Notes: generated by a model from the sequence alone, not told the origin. 64,000 nucleotides of DNA from Amoebidium appalachense (GCA_963693365.1 CAVNZM010000008.1:3315572-3379571); one strand, 5' to 3'. Shown: positions 19,182 to 40,293, counted from the first letter of the stretch. Program-made: numbers and translations.

Positions 19182-20663
19182 ATGCCCAAATCACTCAACT
19201 GGACCGTGGCTGACGGGCTTGCACTCACGAACCGACGAAAAGACGGCTACTACGTGGGGGTGGTGGCCAACACAACAGGCCACAAACACGATGCATACGA
19301 TCTGACATTGCCCTTGACCGGGCCGGCTACATTTGCCTACATGGCATGTGACCCCAACGGCAACATGTCGTTTGTGGACGCTGCCGACGTGCCGTCCGAT
19401 GCAACCGTGCAGGCACTGGGGGCCAGGGTGGCTACCGTAGAAGAAGTAAACACCACACAGGACACGGACATTGCCGGTCTCAAAACCACAACGGAAGGTC
19501 TGGGTACCCGAATGACGGCCGTGGAGGGTGTGAACACCATGCAGAACACGGACATTGTCGGGCTCAAAACCACGGCAGGAGGTCTGGACACGAGGCTGAC
19601 GGTAGTGGAGGGCAAGGCCACCACCGCCCTCAACACGGCCAACGGCGCAGTGACGGTCAACACCACACAGAACACGGACATTGCCGGCCTCAAGACCACC
19701 ACGGGGAGCCTGGACACGAGGCTGACGGCAGTGGAGGGCAAGGCCACCACCGCCCTCAACACGGCCAACGGTGCAGTGACGGTCAACACCACGCAGACAA
19801 ACGACATTGCCGGCCTCAAAACTACCACAGGGTCCCTCGACGCCCGGCTGACGGCCGTGGAGGCGAAAGCCACCAATGCCCTCAACACGGCCAACGGTGC
19901 AGTGACGGTCAACACGACACAGAACACGGACATTGCCGGTCTGAAGAGTAGTAGCACGACACTTGGCCTCGACGTCAACCGGCTCAACACGCTCGTGAAT
20001 CTCCACGACACGACCGTGGCTACCCTGACCACAGACATGGGTACCATCAAACCCCGTATGCCACCGGCCGGCGAGGGCATGCTGCTCAGCAACACGTACG
20101 GGAGCCGGCGCACGGGCCCGGCCTACCTGACGGTGAAAGTACACCATGCTGCCGCCCAGGGGTGGAACGTTGCCGGAAAGGCTGCATGGGAGGACACGAT
20201 CAGCATATACAGGTCAACGTACGAGCCAGTCATTAAACCCCAGTGTATATCATCGCCGGGGGCCGAACTCATAGTGATTGTCTACTTCTGGACACTAGGG
20301 ACCAACGGTGTACGCAAGTATGTCACCCACGTGGGCTCCCTACCCATGTCGTGCGTGTCCCCGTGGGACATAAACAACATCTACCCGTTTGCGCTAGGCT
20401 CCGGCATGTTGGAGGGGGCCGTTGTTCCCACAGGGGATGACTTTCGGTTCAAGCTCAAGGTAAGGCTGACAAAGCTCTTCCAGACCGACACAGAGAGCTA
20501 TGCAAGCGTTGCCGGCTACAACAACTTTGACGTGCTGGTGTTGGCAAAGTACCCACGGTTTACCGACTACAAGGACAAGGCCAGCATTCCCCGCACCAAC
20601 ATAGTCACCCACCCTCCCACCTACTATGCAGACCTTGAATGGGGGACGCAAAATTATTTCTAA
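19182..20663 (+). CDS. Long fibre/spike protein (coiled-coil shaft plus C-terminal head)
   Basis: 28- and 42-aa (heptad-multiple) repeats VNTTQNTDIAGLKTT..LDTRLTAVEG at 19446, 19530, 19656, 19782 and 19908; divergent from the penton gene. Confidence 0.75.
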   Translation: MPKSLNWTVADGLALTNRRKDGYYVGVVANTTGHKHDAYDLTLPLTGPATFAYMACDPNGNMSFVDAADVPSDATVQALGARVATVEEVNTTQDTDIAGLKTTTEGLGTRMTAVEGVNTMQNTDIVGLKTTAGGLDTRLTVVEGKATTALNTANGAVTVNTTQNTDIAGLKTTTGSLDTRLTAVEGKATTALNTANGAVTVNTTQTNDIAGLKTTTGSLDARLTAVEAKATNALNTANGAVTVNTTQNTDIAGLKSSSTTLGLDVNRLNTLVNLHDTTVATLTTDMGTIKPRMPPAGEGMLLSNTYGSRRTGPAYLTVKVHHAAAQGWNVAGKAAWEDTISIYRSTYEPVIKPQCISSPGAELIVIVYFWTLGTNGVRKYVTHVGSLPMSCVSPWDINNIYPFALGSGMLEGAVVPTGDDFRFKLKVRLTKLFQTDTESYASVAGYNNFDVLVLAKYPRFTDYKDKASIPRTNIVTHPPTYYADLEWGTQNYF

Positions 20664-20681
20664 CACACTAGTAAACCCACC

Positions 20682-21638
20682 ATGAGCGCTTTAGCGTGGC
20701 ACGTTGCCCAGGGGCTCTCCCTGGTGGGCCCGAAGAGCGCAGACTACTACGTCGGCATCCGACCCGATTCGAGCGGGCACGGGCACGACAGCTACGTCCT
20801 CGAGCTGCCCAAAAGCCTCCCCCGAGGGGGGCCTGCCTTCTTGAAGGTGGACGAGGTGGGGGCCGGTACCTTCATGCCCGTGGCGGAGGTGACCGACCGG
20901 CTGGACGACCTGGAGAGGAGGGTGGTGCTGTTGGAAAAGGGTATGGTCAAGAACTGGGACGAGCACACCGTCTACGACACCATGAAGGAAACCTTGGACA
21001 CTATAGTAAAGGTGCTGTGGGGGGACGACAAGGAGAACTTCGAGGACAACATTGTACGTCGCCTGCTGAGGCTGGAGGGCCTAACCCCCGACCCGATATT
21101 TCCCTACTCCATGTGGGTCCGGCCAAACTTTCTGTTTTCCGACGGGTGGACGTCGGTGCGTACCATAAACAGACAGATCAAGACGGCCCTGCCCGAACGA
21201 CCCGACTTCCCCAAGTTTCCCATGATAAGCAACCCAGACACCCCACACAGCATGGGCACCCCCCTCTTCTTTGGGAGCTGGGACGAGGAGAGACAGACCA
21301 TCACGTTCCAGACCCACCACTACCCCATGTCTGCACGAACCGCATGCTTCAAGTTCGACCATGTCGGCATAAACGGGCAGGACAAGGACGATGGCCACAC
21401 GTACACCAACTTCTACGAAAACGAAACGGACGAGGCAAGACACGCCACCCTTTGGCCCTACACCCCAACCATGGAGGCCGTCATATCATCAAACACGTAC
21501 CCCCTCAACAACAACTACGCCGCCCTGCGCCATACCCCCCCAAAAAAAACAAATAAAAATAAAAAAATAAAAAATGGATGCATAAAAAATAGAAATAAAA
21601 ATAGGAAAATAATACAATTGGATGTAAAACTACTTTGA
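20682..21638 (+). CDS. Short fibre-like protein, paralogous N-terminus; C-terminus possibly truncated near 21540
   Basis: N-terminal ~65 aa align with the previous ORF (LxWxVAxGLxL...YYVG...GHxHDxYxLxLP); short coiled coil RLDDLERRV; the ORF ends in an A-rich, non-coding-looking tract. Confidence 0.65.
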   Translation: MSALAWHVAQGLSLVGPKSADYYVGIRPDSSGHGHDSYVLELPKSLPRGGPAFLKVDEVGAGTFMPVAEVTDRLDDLERRVVLLEKGMVKNWDEHTVYDTMKETLDTIVKVLWGDDKENFEDNIVRRLLRLEGLTPDPIFPYSMWVRPNFLFSDGWTSVRTINRQIKTALPERPDFPKFPMISNPDTPHSMGTPLFFGSWDEERQTITFQTHHYPMSARTACFKFDHVGINGQDKDDGHTYTNFYENETDEARHATLWPYTPTMEAVISSNTYPLNNNYAALRHTPPKKTNKNKKIKNGCIKNRNKNRKIIQLDVKLL

Positions 21639-22623
21639 TTGAGGGTTTTGGGTTTCATAGCAATTTTGGCGAACATTCCTTCAATTCTCTCACTTCCAAA
21701 CTTGAAGTTGGAAGCCTTACTTACACCCCCGGGGTGTACCTTCTGACTCGTCCATACTGTAATAGCATGTCTTGCAAAAGCCTTCATCCCCGGAGTCACT
21801 CAGTCCTTATATGTTCGACGTAGTATCATCTGCTAATTATCGTATTGTATACAGTATAATCCTAACAATTCACTCACAACGTTAACCGTTGCAATATTTT
21901 TGACGGTGGCCTTCAAATCTCCCCCGGGCGTGAATGTGCGGCCCAAATATTCCCTGACGTCTGACGCTGGCACCACTTGAATTTGACCTTCTCACCAGCA
22001 GTGAGCTCCATGGATCCAGCAGTGCACCTTGCATCACTGTCAAACATGTACGCCTTGTTCCTCCCAGGCACGTTTGCCTGCGTTATTATGGGCATCGCCG
22101 TATGCCATCACAATAGTGGAATTATACTATGATAGTAATGCGCCTCATGATCAGACTGCCAGTGCAGCATATCGGATGATGATGATCATCCTTTACCCCC
22201 CGGCGCCCCCCCCTCCCGCCCCCCCCCCCCCCCCCCCCCCCCCCCCATCCTCCCCCCTCCCCTCCCCCCCCCCCCAATCCCCCTTCTCTTTTTCCCCCTT
22301 CCTTCCCTACCCTCGAGCGGATCCCTTTCCTTTTCCCACTTTCAGGCTCCCCTATTTTCCTAGTCTAAAAAGGGCTTGCAGATCTGATAGTAGATCACCA
22401 TCCATTGATTGCGGCATCCCGGGGCTGCAGCTGTGATGGTATGGCCACAATAGTTGCAATTGTCCCTGCCACCTCGAAAAAAAGGTTTGACCCCAAGTCC
22501 TTGGGCCCCAGTATCCAAAAAGGTTTACCAACTTCAGTGGCCCTAGCTCAGCCAATACAACAATACTGCTGAAATCGGTCCGGGCCTTTTTCGTGCCACG
22601 TACGTGGGAACACAAAAATAAAT

Positions 22624-22659
<36 letters not shown>

Positions 22660-23140
22660 CGCCTCCAAAAAAAATGCAGGCACTTATGAACGCAAAAGTA
22701 CATACAGACACCAAAGCACGTCTGAAGTTCACAAATATTCACGGCAATTAATTTTTAAACAGTCACTTACTAATAGAGAGTCTTTGTGGAAACCAAAAAT
22801 GCAGACACCAAAGCACGTGCCGTGGGTAAGACAAAAAAACGGTAAAAGTTGCCCACTCATTTGTGCTTGAGCCTCATACGCCGTTCTGAAAGCAACCCAA
22901 CGAGGGCCAAGGCTCGGGCACATATCATGACAGATGACGAACGAATCGGATACCTCGGCACCACAACTGAACTTCCTTTCGGGGCCAGTCCCACTCGGAT
23001 TTAAGTACTTAAAAACGCGTCAGACGTCGACTTCAACCTTGCACTTCACTATTTTCTGTGAGCTGCAGCCCGTCTTGTGTACGGACGTCGATGAAGAAGG
23101 CCCGTACCTGCCACTCACCCGAGACTGCGAGAGCACCACC

Positions 23141-25527
<2,387 letters not shown>

Positions 25528-25658
25528 GTGAGTCATATGTGGAGAGACGTGGACATCCCATGCTTGTTTTATGTACACAAATCATCTGTTTTTCATTCTT
25601 GATCATGACATGTTTCCGAACGGTTTTGTTTTATTTTAATTGGGAGGAGGGGGTGGGT

Positions 25659-25708
<50 letters not shown>

Positions 25709-25770
25709 CTGTTAGCAAGCATTGGTCCACCCACAGTTATTTTTTTGGGTGAGTGAGTGCGGGGGGAGGT

Positions 25771-25804
<34 letters not shown>

Positions 25805-25983
25805 ATGGCGAGAATGATTTATTTATTTATGTAGCTCTTTTTTTCTTTAGTTAAAATCAATCTGCCTGCAGTTTACCATCGTTCGCTATGCAAGCATGAA
25901 TCCCCCTTGATACACAGATTCTCTCGCGTGCACATGCCATACATAGCTCTAGAGAGACAGAGACAGAGTCTTGGTCAGCTCTG

Positions 25984-26453
<470 letters not shown>

Positions 26454-26609
26454 GAGGGAGGGGACAGCTCGAGGCAGAAAGCCTCTCAGATACTGTAGTC
26501 AGATACGATGTCAGAGTGGCAGACCTGTACAGGTACCTCCCTACCGTACAGTGTACGGTGTGGAGCACACGCATCCCGGTGCTACCCTCAATTCCCAAGC
26601 TCCTAGGGT

Positions 26610-26770
26610 GTGACGTAATATTTGGCACGAAATTTATTTGGCACGAGCCTGCAAAACGGTGAAAATGGGGCAGGATGTCGGCCAGGCACCGACAGGGGCT
26701 TGGGGATACCCCTGGATGTGCTCCGCTAGCGGGCTGGTGCCAAATAAATTCGTGCCACATTTTACGTCAC
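26610..26770. mobile_element. MITE-like element with ~35-bp imperfect TIRs
   Basis: GTGACGTAATATTTGGCACGAAATTTATTTGGCAC is inverted at 26737-26770; extra GTGCCAAA subterminal repeats extend to ~26800. Confidence 0.65.
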
Positions 26771-27818
26771 CAGGTTCGTGCCAAATTATTTGGTGCCAAA
26801 TTTTTTGGGGCATAAATGGGTCGGTTCGAACTATTATAGGTCGAATCAGCTCGAATCGTTTCTGACCCGTTTTCTTGTGGCTCATCGCTGGTGGCGTCTG
26901 ATTCGAGGAATAAACTCGAAAGGCGGGCTAAGCAAGACCACGTTGCAGGTGGCCTACATACTTGAACGGGCAGTCACAGCCTGGACTGGCAGTTGACAGG
27001 TGTGACACAGCGTTAGCATCCTTATCATATTGCAGTAGGCTCATATAAAAACAGACAACACCCTTTAATGCTTGATCATAACTGACAGTACCTATTTTGT
27101 GTGAGCATGGGTTACAAACATGCTCGCGTCCGCATTGGACGTGGGCAGGCCATTGGGCTTTGCTGAGGATTCTCGTTCATGTTATCCTCGCCTTTTGTCT
27201 TTTGGCTGCAGCGGGTTCAACAAACAACCCAGATGGGGTGAATAAAAAAGTCATTAAGGAAAACAAATCTTGGTCTAAAGATCATGCCAAGCTGCAACAG
27301 CCATTCGTTGCACGGTACATTGATTGCATAGCGGATCATGAGGACTCTGTCGAGGCTGGCACGTGCCCTCCCCAGCCCTTCTTGAGGGATTGGGTGTGGC
27401 ATCAAACCCGTCATGGCGGCCGGATAGATGCATCTACAGCGGAGGGAGTCCATCATGTGCTCCCCCCCCCCCCCCCCCCCCTCCCCCCACAAATGGACTC
27501 TATTTGCGTTGCATCCTCGCTTTATGCTGCCTTTTCTGCTTTGGCTTGCCTCTTATATGTTGCTATCACCCGATAGGGTGTGTGTGGCAACGTGTTCCAT
27601 ATGTTTTGTGTGACCATTCTGTGCAGTGTACCCACTTAAAGCCCACTCCTCCGCTTTTCCCCCTTCCCCCCTTCCCCTTTAAGGATACAATCAGTCAAGA
27701 GGCAGTACAGGATAGTGGGTAGAGAGTTTCTGTGTGTCACGGTGTGTGCCTGTGGGTGTGTGCCTGTCTGTGTGTGTGTGTGTGCCTGTGTGTGTGTCGT
27801 GAGTGTGTGTGTGTGTTG

Positions 27819-27894
<76 letters not shown>

Positions 27895-27932
27895 ACCGTA
27901 TGTATGTGTGTGTGTGTGTGGACGGTGTGTGT

Positions 27933-28019
<87 letters not shown>

Positions 28020-28588
28020 ACCGTATGTATGTGTGTGTGTGTGTGGACGGTGTGTGTGTGCGTGTGTGTGTGTGTGTGTGTGTGGGTGTGTGTGGGTGTG
28101 TGCGGGTGTGTGTGCCTGTGTGTGTGTGTGCGTTTGTGTGTGTGTGTGTGATGTGGGCGGGTGGGTGGGTACAGAGAAGGGGTTACAGAGAAGGATGAGG
28201 GAGGGGAGAAGGGGGGAACTTTGAAAGAGAGGGGGAGGGGGGGGGGGGAAGCGTGTATGTGTGTGCCTGTGTGTGTACGTTAGAGACAGGGGAGGGGGAG
28301 AAGGGGGAGAGGTCAGGGTAGGGAGAAAGGGAGGGAAGGATGAGTGGGTGGGTGGGTTGGAGGGAAGGAGGGAGGGGGAGAAAGGGTAGAGGGAGAAAGG
28401 ATAGAGGGAGGGATGGCGGGAAAGACAGAAAGAGAGGGGCAAAGAGAGGAGGGCAGTCGGTAAAGGGGAAGGGTGGGAGGGTGGGACGGAGAGGGAGAAG
28501 GGGGAAGGGGAGAATTAGGCAGGGGGGGGCCGAGAGCAAGAGGGGGGTGGGGAGGGTGTGGGCGGTCTGTGTGTGTATGTGTGTGTGT

Positions 28589-28622
<34 letters not shown>

Positions 28623-28729
28623 GGGGGGAGGGGGTTGGATGGGGGGATTCGGTTGGGAATGGGTTCTTTTTAGAACTGGCAACCATTGACCAGCTATTCT
28701 CTCACCCTGTCTTTGTCTTCACTCTGCAG

Positions 28730-29030
28730 CTTATGGCAATAATGGCAACCGTTCCTTGGCTGAGTGTGGTATGGAGGTTGGGCCTTTCGACAGTGATGGC
28801 TTTGACGATGACGATGAGGGGTCAAGTGATGAGAGCCCCGGTCCATTCAACGTGTCAACATGTGTGCGCCTAGCAGGCCGCAAGCTCAATGCCCGGCGTG
28901 CAATGCGCAAGCTGATTGGGTCTGTGCACAGCTCCGAGGGGTTTGCTTTAGCAGCGCAGGACCCGGATCATCTGCTCTTCACTATTGTGTTCTTTGACGA
29001 GGCCGTGGCAGCAGACATACAGCTTGCCAG
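28730..29030 (+). other. Isolated putative coding exon (acidic tract, then globular segment)
   Basis: Polypyrimidine-CAG acceptor at 28729 and CAG/GT donor at 29030; open frame AECGMEVGPFDSDGFDDDDEG...FTIVFFDEAVAAD. Confidence 0.4.
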
Positions 29031-29434
29031 GTGCTTCCTGCCGAACCTCCCCCCCCCCCCCCCCCCCCCCCCCCGCCCTTCCCCCTCCAATGCCCCCCCC
29101 GCTCCTCCCTCTCGGCTCTCCCCCCCTTTCCCCGCAGGGCCTCCTCCCCTTTCCCCCATTCTCCCCCCCCCCCCTCGCCCCGCCCTTTTCTGCACCCTCC
29201 TCCCCCTCTCCTCCTTCCCACAATCCTTCCTCCCAACTGCTCCACCTCCTTACTTCCTTGCACGTATCAATCCATCTCTCCTTCCAACCCAAGTGACACC
29301 AGTTTTTTGTCAGACAACCTGCCTCCCCAGGCCCACTTATTATGCCTGTCCTGTCGCCCCCCTGCATACTTGAATGTTTGCCTTTGCATGTGTCCATGGT
29401 GTTTGCGTACTTCGTACCGTGTTCCGCATTCAAG

Positions 29435-29473
<39 letters not shown>

Positions 29474-29691
29474 AGAAGGGCCTCTGCCCATTCGTCCCTC
29501 CTTTTCAAGTCCTCCGTTACCTCTTACCTCCCCTAATTCTCATTTCTCTCTCTACCTATATCTTCCATCCTACCTTTTTGGAAGCTCCCTGCTTCTCTTC
29601 CACCTATTTGAAAGCATCTGCATCTATCCCCCCCCTGTTCATAGCCCCTCCTTCATCAGTACTCCCTTACATCTGCCTGGCCCCCTTCAGA

Positions 29692-29732
<41 letters not shown>

Positions 29733-29934
29733 CCCCCCCACCCCCCCCCCCCCCACCTCGCCATCCCCCCACCTCCCCCCCCCCACCTCCCCCCCCCCCA
29801 CACCCCCTCCTCTTTCACACACATGCACACACGAACACACCCATGCATGCACGCGTGCACCCTCCCTCGCATCCACGAGCGCGCGCACACACTCTTATTC
29901 ACTTATAGAATTGTTAATAGTCTAATGCTCCTTT

Positions 29935-29969
<35 letters not shown>

Positions 29970-30568
29970 TGTAATCTTCGCTTATTTATGGGTGTGTGTG
30001 TGTGTGTGTGTGTGTGTTGTGCGGGGTTGCACACACCGGTGTCTACTTTTCTTCCTACTTTTTTTCTCTCCACACACTTCACCTGTCCACTTCTGCATAC
30101 CCCCTCTCATAGCTATAGACACACTTCACACATTGCGTTACGCGCACGCACGCATGCACACACCGCTCTGTTGGCGACAGCTCCCTTGGAACCCATGCGG
30201 CATGTTACCCACCGGCGTAACATAACTCGGACTATCGATTTGGCTTTTTTCAAGCCCAAAGCAATATAGCATATTTCCGGCTGACATCCGGGGGCATAGC
30301 TTTCCGTTCGAAGACGTTAAAGTTCCGCTTCAGTAAGCGTGTTACTACCCTGCGGCGTGGGTCAAATCTCATATTTTCCCCTCTGATTGCGAATTCTGCG
30401 GCCTTCGGGACTTAATTCTTTTCAGCTGGTGTAGTATGTTAGCCAGGGAAGTATCGACTTAGGTAGCGACGGGGGAGCTTCCTAGAAGCCCCGTTTCCTG
30501 AGTTCCTATCTATATTTTTCTTGCTTCTGCTTACTGCTGCAACTTTAACCCCCGGCCTTTCCCACTGC

Positions 30569-30816
30569 CCTTGCCTGCATAAGCAACCCTGCTCGTCTCT
30601 GATCAAGACGGGTGACCTACCCATGTTCAAGTGAAACAGTATCTGAGTTGGGTTCCGTTAACGAGGTGAATAGGTCGAAACTCGGGTACTGTGGATGACG
30701 TGGGCCCCCCCTGAGGATGGGCTCTGCTTATTATGCATACTCTTTATGTATGGCTTGCATTCTGCATCGTGTTATCCGTTTGTTCTTGTGTACTTCGTAC
30801 TTTTTGACCCATTTAA
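30569..30816 (+). repeat. Poly-C-associated structured interspersed repeat, subfamily 1
   Basis: Homologous to 47978-48251, 51076-51319 and 55861-55989; ends directly in a poly-C tract. Confidence 0.85.
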
Positions 30817-31228
30817 CCCCCCCCCCCCCCCCCCCCCCCCCGCCCTCCCCACGCACACACACACACACACACACATCTTTGTTGCACGCACCTGCGCTCA
30901 CAGCCACGAGCGCACGCAACGCACACACACAGACGCGCACGCACACGTCTATCCACCCATATAGCTGTTAATAATCTAATGCCCCTCCCCCCCCCCCTCC
31001 CCCCCTCCACCCACCCATCCACACACACACACACGCCAAGGTTTCCCTTGTTCTGCTCCTCGGCCTTTCCGCCTCCCCCTAATCTGTCTTTCTCTCTCTC
31101 CTCCGCCTCTCTCTGCCTCTCCCCCCCCCCCCCCCCCCCCCCCCCGTCCCACCCCACCCCACCACCACCGCCCTACCACCCTCCCACTTCTTGTCTTTGC
31201 TTATTCTTCCTTGTGATGTGCAACACAG

Positions 31229-31560
31229 GGACATATCCGGGCCACCTGAGGTCCAGCAACAACGCCTTCTTCAAATTCTGGGTGCCTGGAGAATGGAGCT
31301 TATGGAAACACCGGCTGACGGCAACTGTTTGTTTCATTCGGTGTGGCATTATGTCAATCAGTGTCTACAAAGCGGTCATGTCGCTACCCGTGAACATCTC
31401 AACACATTGGGGTTTACAGCTAATATGGAGCCTATAGAGGCGATTGGACGGCTACGCGAACTAATGGTAAACGAATGGCGGCGAAATCTAGCAGAATAGC
31501 AAGGATTCCTTTCAAGGGTGACACTCGCAGACGTAGCTGATGATTTCCGCTGTCCTCGGC
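31229..31560 (+). pseudogene. OTU-like cysteine protease fragment with in-frame TAG (31497-31499)
   Basis: TPADGNCLFHSV catalytic Cys motif, then LRELMVNEW; CAG acceptor at 31228. Confidence 0.65.
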
Positions 31561-32374
31561 ACGCCCATTTTGCTTCTGCGGATTCGGCGGATGAATTCCA
31601 AAGCACCCAACAGTCTGGGGTGATTCCCCCCTAGCCAGCACCAGCACCATCCGCAAGCGTTCCACCCCAGTTATTATCTCACATACCCGAGCACGATAGC
31701 CAGTGCACAATGTAGCGTCTGTCAACTGACTTTAGCAATCCCTCCCCATTTGTGTCATACTTAAATGCAATGATGTAGGTGCAAGGCCATATTGTATGCT
31801 CTGGTCACCGCTTTTGGCATCCGCCTGCTCAGTTTTAGTGTCACGGATAATAGGTGGGAGTGAGCCAATCCCTCCACGTAGTTTTTTATTTTTCTAATTG
31901 TTATTGTGGCTGCCAGCTGCTTTGGGGTCAGGTGGCAAACGTAGAGCATGTCTAGTAGGTTCGATTAGTATGGGATTTGGCATCATGATGCCAAGTTAAT
32001 ACTTAAGAATCAGTTTGTTAGGTGTTAGTTGCAACATTTAACTTCCAGTAATGTTCAGCATGTCATAGTGGTAGTTTATGATTGTAATGTTACTTACAGT
32101 TTAACTGTAATGTCACGGTGTATGTAGAGTATGCTATGTCACATTCAATGCACACACGCACGGCACATACACGCACACACGCAACCACATACACGTCAAG
32201 CACACACTACATCCATGCATGCGACATTCGCCTTTTTAATACCTATGATATCATTACGCGTAGTCAAAATACTATAATAATAATGTGTAGAAGTGATTGC
32301 AGGTCACTTTCACATGCTGCAGCTGTTTAATTAATAATGACACTAATGGCACAAGCACACTGCAGACTCGGAAT

Positions 32375-32405
<31 letters not shown>

Positions 32406-32505
32406 AAAAATCCCCCCCCCCCCCCTCGTACCGTGTTCCGCATTCAAACCCCCCCACCCCCCTCGTTCCCCCCCCCCCTCGAAATTTTCGTTCCGCCCGC
32501 CCCCC

Positions 32506-32536
<31 letters not shown>

Positions 32537-33342
32537 ACAAAACCCCCCCCCCCCCCCCCCCCCCCCCTCGTACCGTGTTCCGCATTCAAACCCCCCCCCC
32601 CCTCACCGAAGTTCCTCTTCCCCCCCCCCCCCCCCCTCCCCCCCTCGAAATTTTTGGCGGCGGCGGCGGCGGGGCGGGGGGGGGGGGGGGGGGGGGGGGG
32701 GGGAGGGGGGGGGGGGGGGGGGGGCTTGGGAAACGAGGGTGTAACCCGCGTCCCCAAAAATGAGTCATATTCTTCACCTATAGCCAAATAAACTGGACCA
32801 ACCAAAATGTCGATCGAAACCGATTGGAATGTAGCATACCAAGAACCGCAATAGACTGATTTTGGTTGGCGTATTTTATTGCATAAATTTTAGGGAATTT
32901 GTTTTACGTTACACACAGCAGTTTGGCAACGGTTGAAATTTCGAACTCCGTGACTGTCGCTCCGCCTGAAAAATGGGGCTATTGTTTTGGCATCTCATTC
33001 CCCCACTCCACCATTGATACTTAAAATTCATCATTATTGGATATCACTAACATATCATAACGCCGTGCTTCATTTCTCATATAAGTTGACTGTATCCGTG
33101 TGACGACTCAGTGCTCGTATCCGCCGCGGCCGAAGTCTTTCCTATCCCGAGCACCGTCGTAGAAGTGGGCAGAACCTTCGATACCGGCCATTACATGCAT
33201 CTGCCGAAGGAGTAAGGCTGGCACTTTACACTTCGCAGCTGCGCAGGGTTGTGCTGTTGTGTAAAATCGAAGCTTCCGCTAGGCCCGTATTCTTACATTG
33301 TCAGGCCACCATCATTCGAACTGTGACGTTTCAAGCGCCAAT

Positions 33343-39331
<5,989 letters not shown>

Positions 39332-39912
39332 ACTTTGATGATAGGTTAGAACCGTTCCTGATGTTATTGTACTTAATAGTGTTGGCAATGCTGTCGAGAT
39401 TATATATTTAGCCTTTGTCTTCCTCGTCCAATTGCAAGAAGTTGTGAGCTGGGTGTTTACCAAACACAAAAGGATTGCTACTCGAAAACAAAAAAAAATA
39501 TTTTTACCATGTGAGTTCAGTTTGTAAAACTTCAATATACCGTTCACATACATAAATATATTTATGTTTTTGCGCTGGGCAGATATACGTACTGATTGGT
39601 TTTCTAATATTAGTGTAAGTTAGCTAAAATCTACCACATAACAAAAACAGCACCACAGATACTTTCTTTTCATTTCTACGCCCATAAAAGTGATGTGTGT
39701 TCCTATGCTGTAACACAGGCATCGTAGCTGCAGGCCAGATGCCATCACTTATGTGACCAGACTGTGCATGTGCTAAACCCTAATATCAAAATGAGAATCG
39801 TTAATACTGTACAAATGAATCCATTCCCCCCCCCCCCCCCCCCCCCCCCCCCAGCTGCACATGAAAGCACAACAGAGAGAAAGACGATTTTTTGTGTGTG
39901 TGTGTGTGTGTG

Positions 39913-39953
<41 letters not shown>

Positions 39954-40257
39954 GTTGCAGAACAATCCAAGGTCGCTGCCGTGACCTTGCTAGAGGGTCA
40001 TTGTGAAACAGCCGCGGCCGTGTTGATAGAAATATTGCTGCGGGAGGAAAATAGGGAGAGAGAGAGAAAGGGAGACCCGAGGCCGGGGGGAGGGGGGAGG
40101 GGGGGGGAGGGGGGGGGGGGGGGGGGGGGGGGGTAGATGGTTAAGAAACACTGCAATCGTCTGCTGTTGTGGAGCAGTGTATGCCTTGAGTGAGGCGCTG
40201 GGGGTGGGGGGTGGGGGGGGGGGTGGGGGTAGTAACCGTTGCAAGTGCGATGGGATT

Positions 40258-40293
<36 letters not shown>

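Larger units (their letters stand above)
1..21634. mobile_element. Endogenous Polinton-like virus / Maverick-type element (left end outside window; right end uncertain, 21540-21634)
   Basis: Intronless, tightly packed cluster of pPolB, MCP, A32-like ATPase, minor capsid and fibre genes. It lacks the microsatellites that fill the host DNA. A candidate terminus ACTACT at 21629-21634 matches the Polinton ...ACTACT-3' end. No integrase or adenain-like protease seen inside the window. Confidence 0.9.

Noticed and set aside
19191-20147. Long antisense ORFs over the fibre gene
   Set aside because: Shadows of a GC3-rich repetitive coding strand.
1-21634. Giant virus (NCLDV) endogenous element or assembly contaminant
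   Set aside because: PolB is of the protein-primed Polinton type, no RNA polymerase or other large NCLDV core genes are seen, and the host LTR insertion plus continuous host flank argue for true integration.
21913-22095. Possible cold-shock/OB-fold fragment (LTAGEKVKF)
   Set aside because: 60 aa, no RNP motifs and no supporting gene structure.
30570-30602. Conserved peptide LACISNPARL* at the 5' part of the poly-C repeat (also near 47979-48011)
   Set aside because: Only three differences, synonymous on both strands, with in-frame stops shortly upstream. Not enough to call coding.
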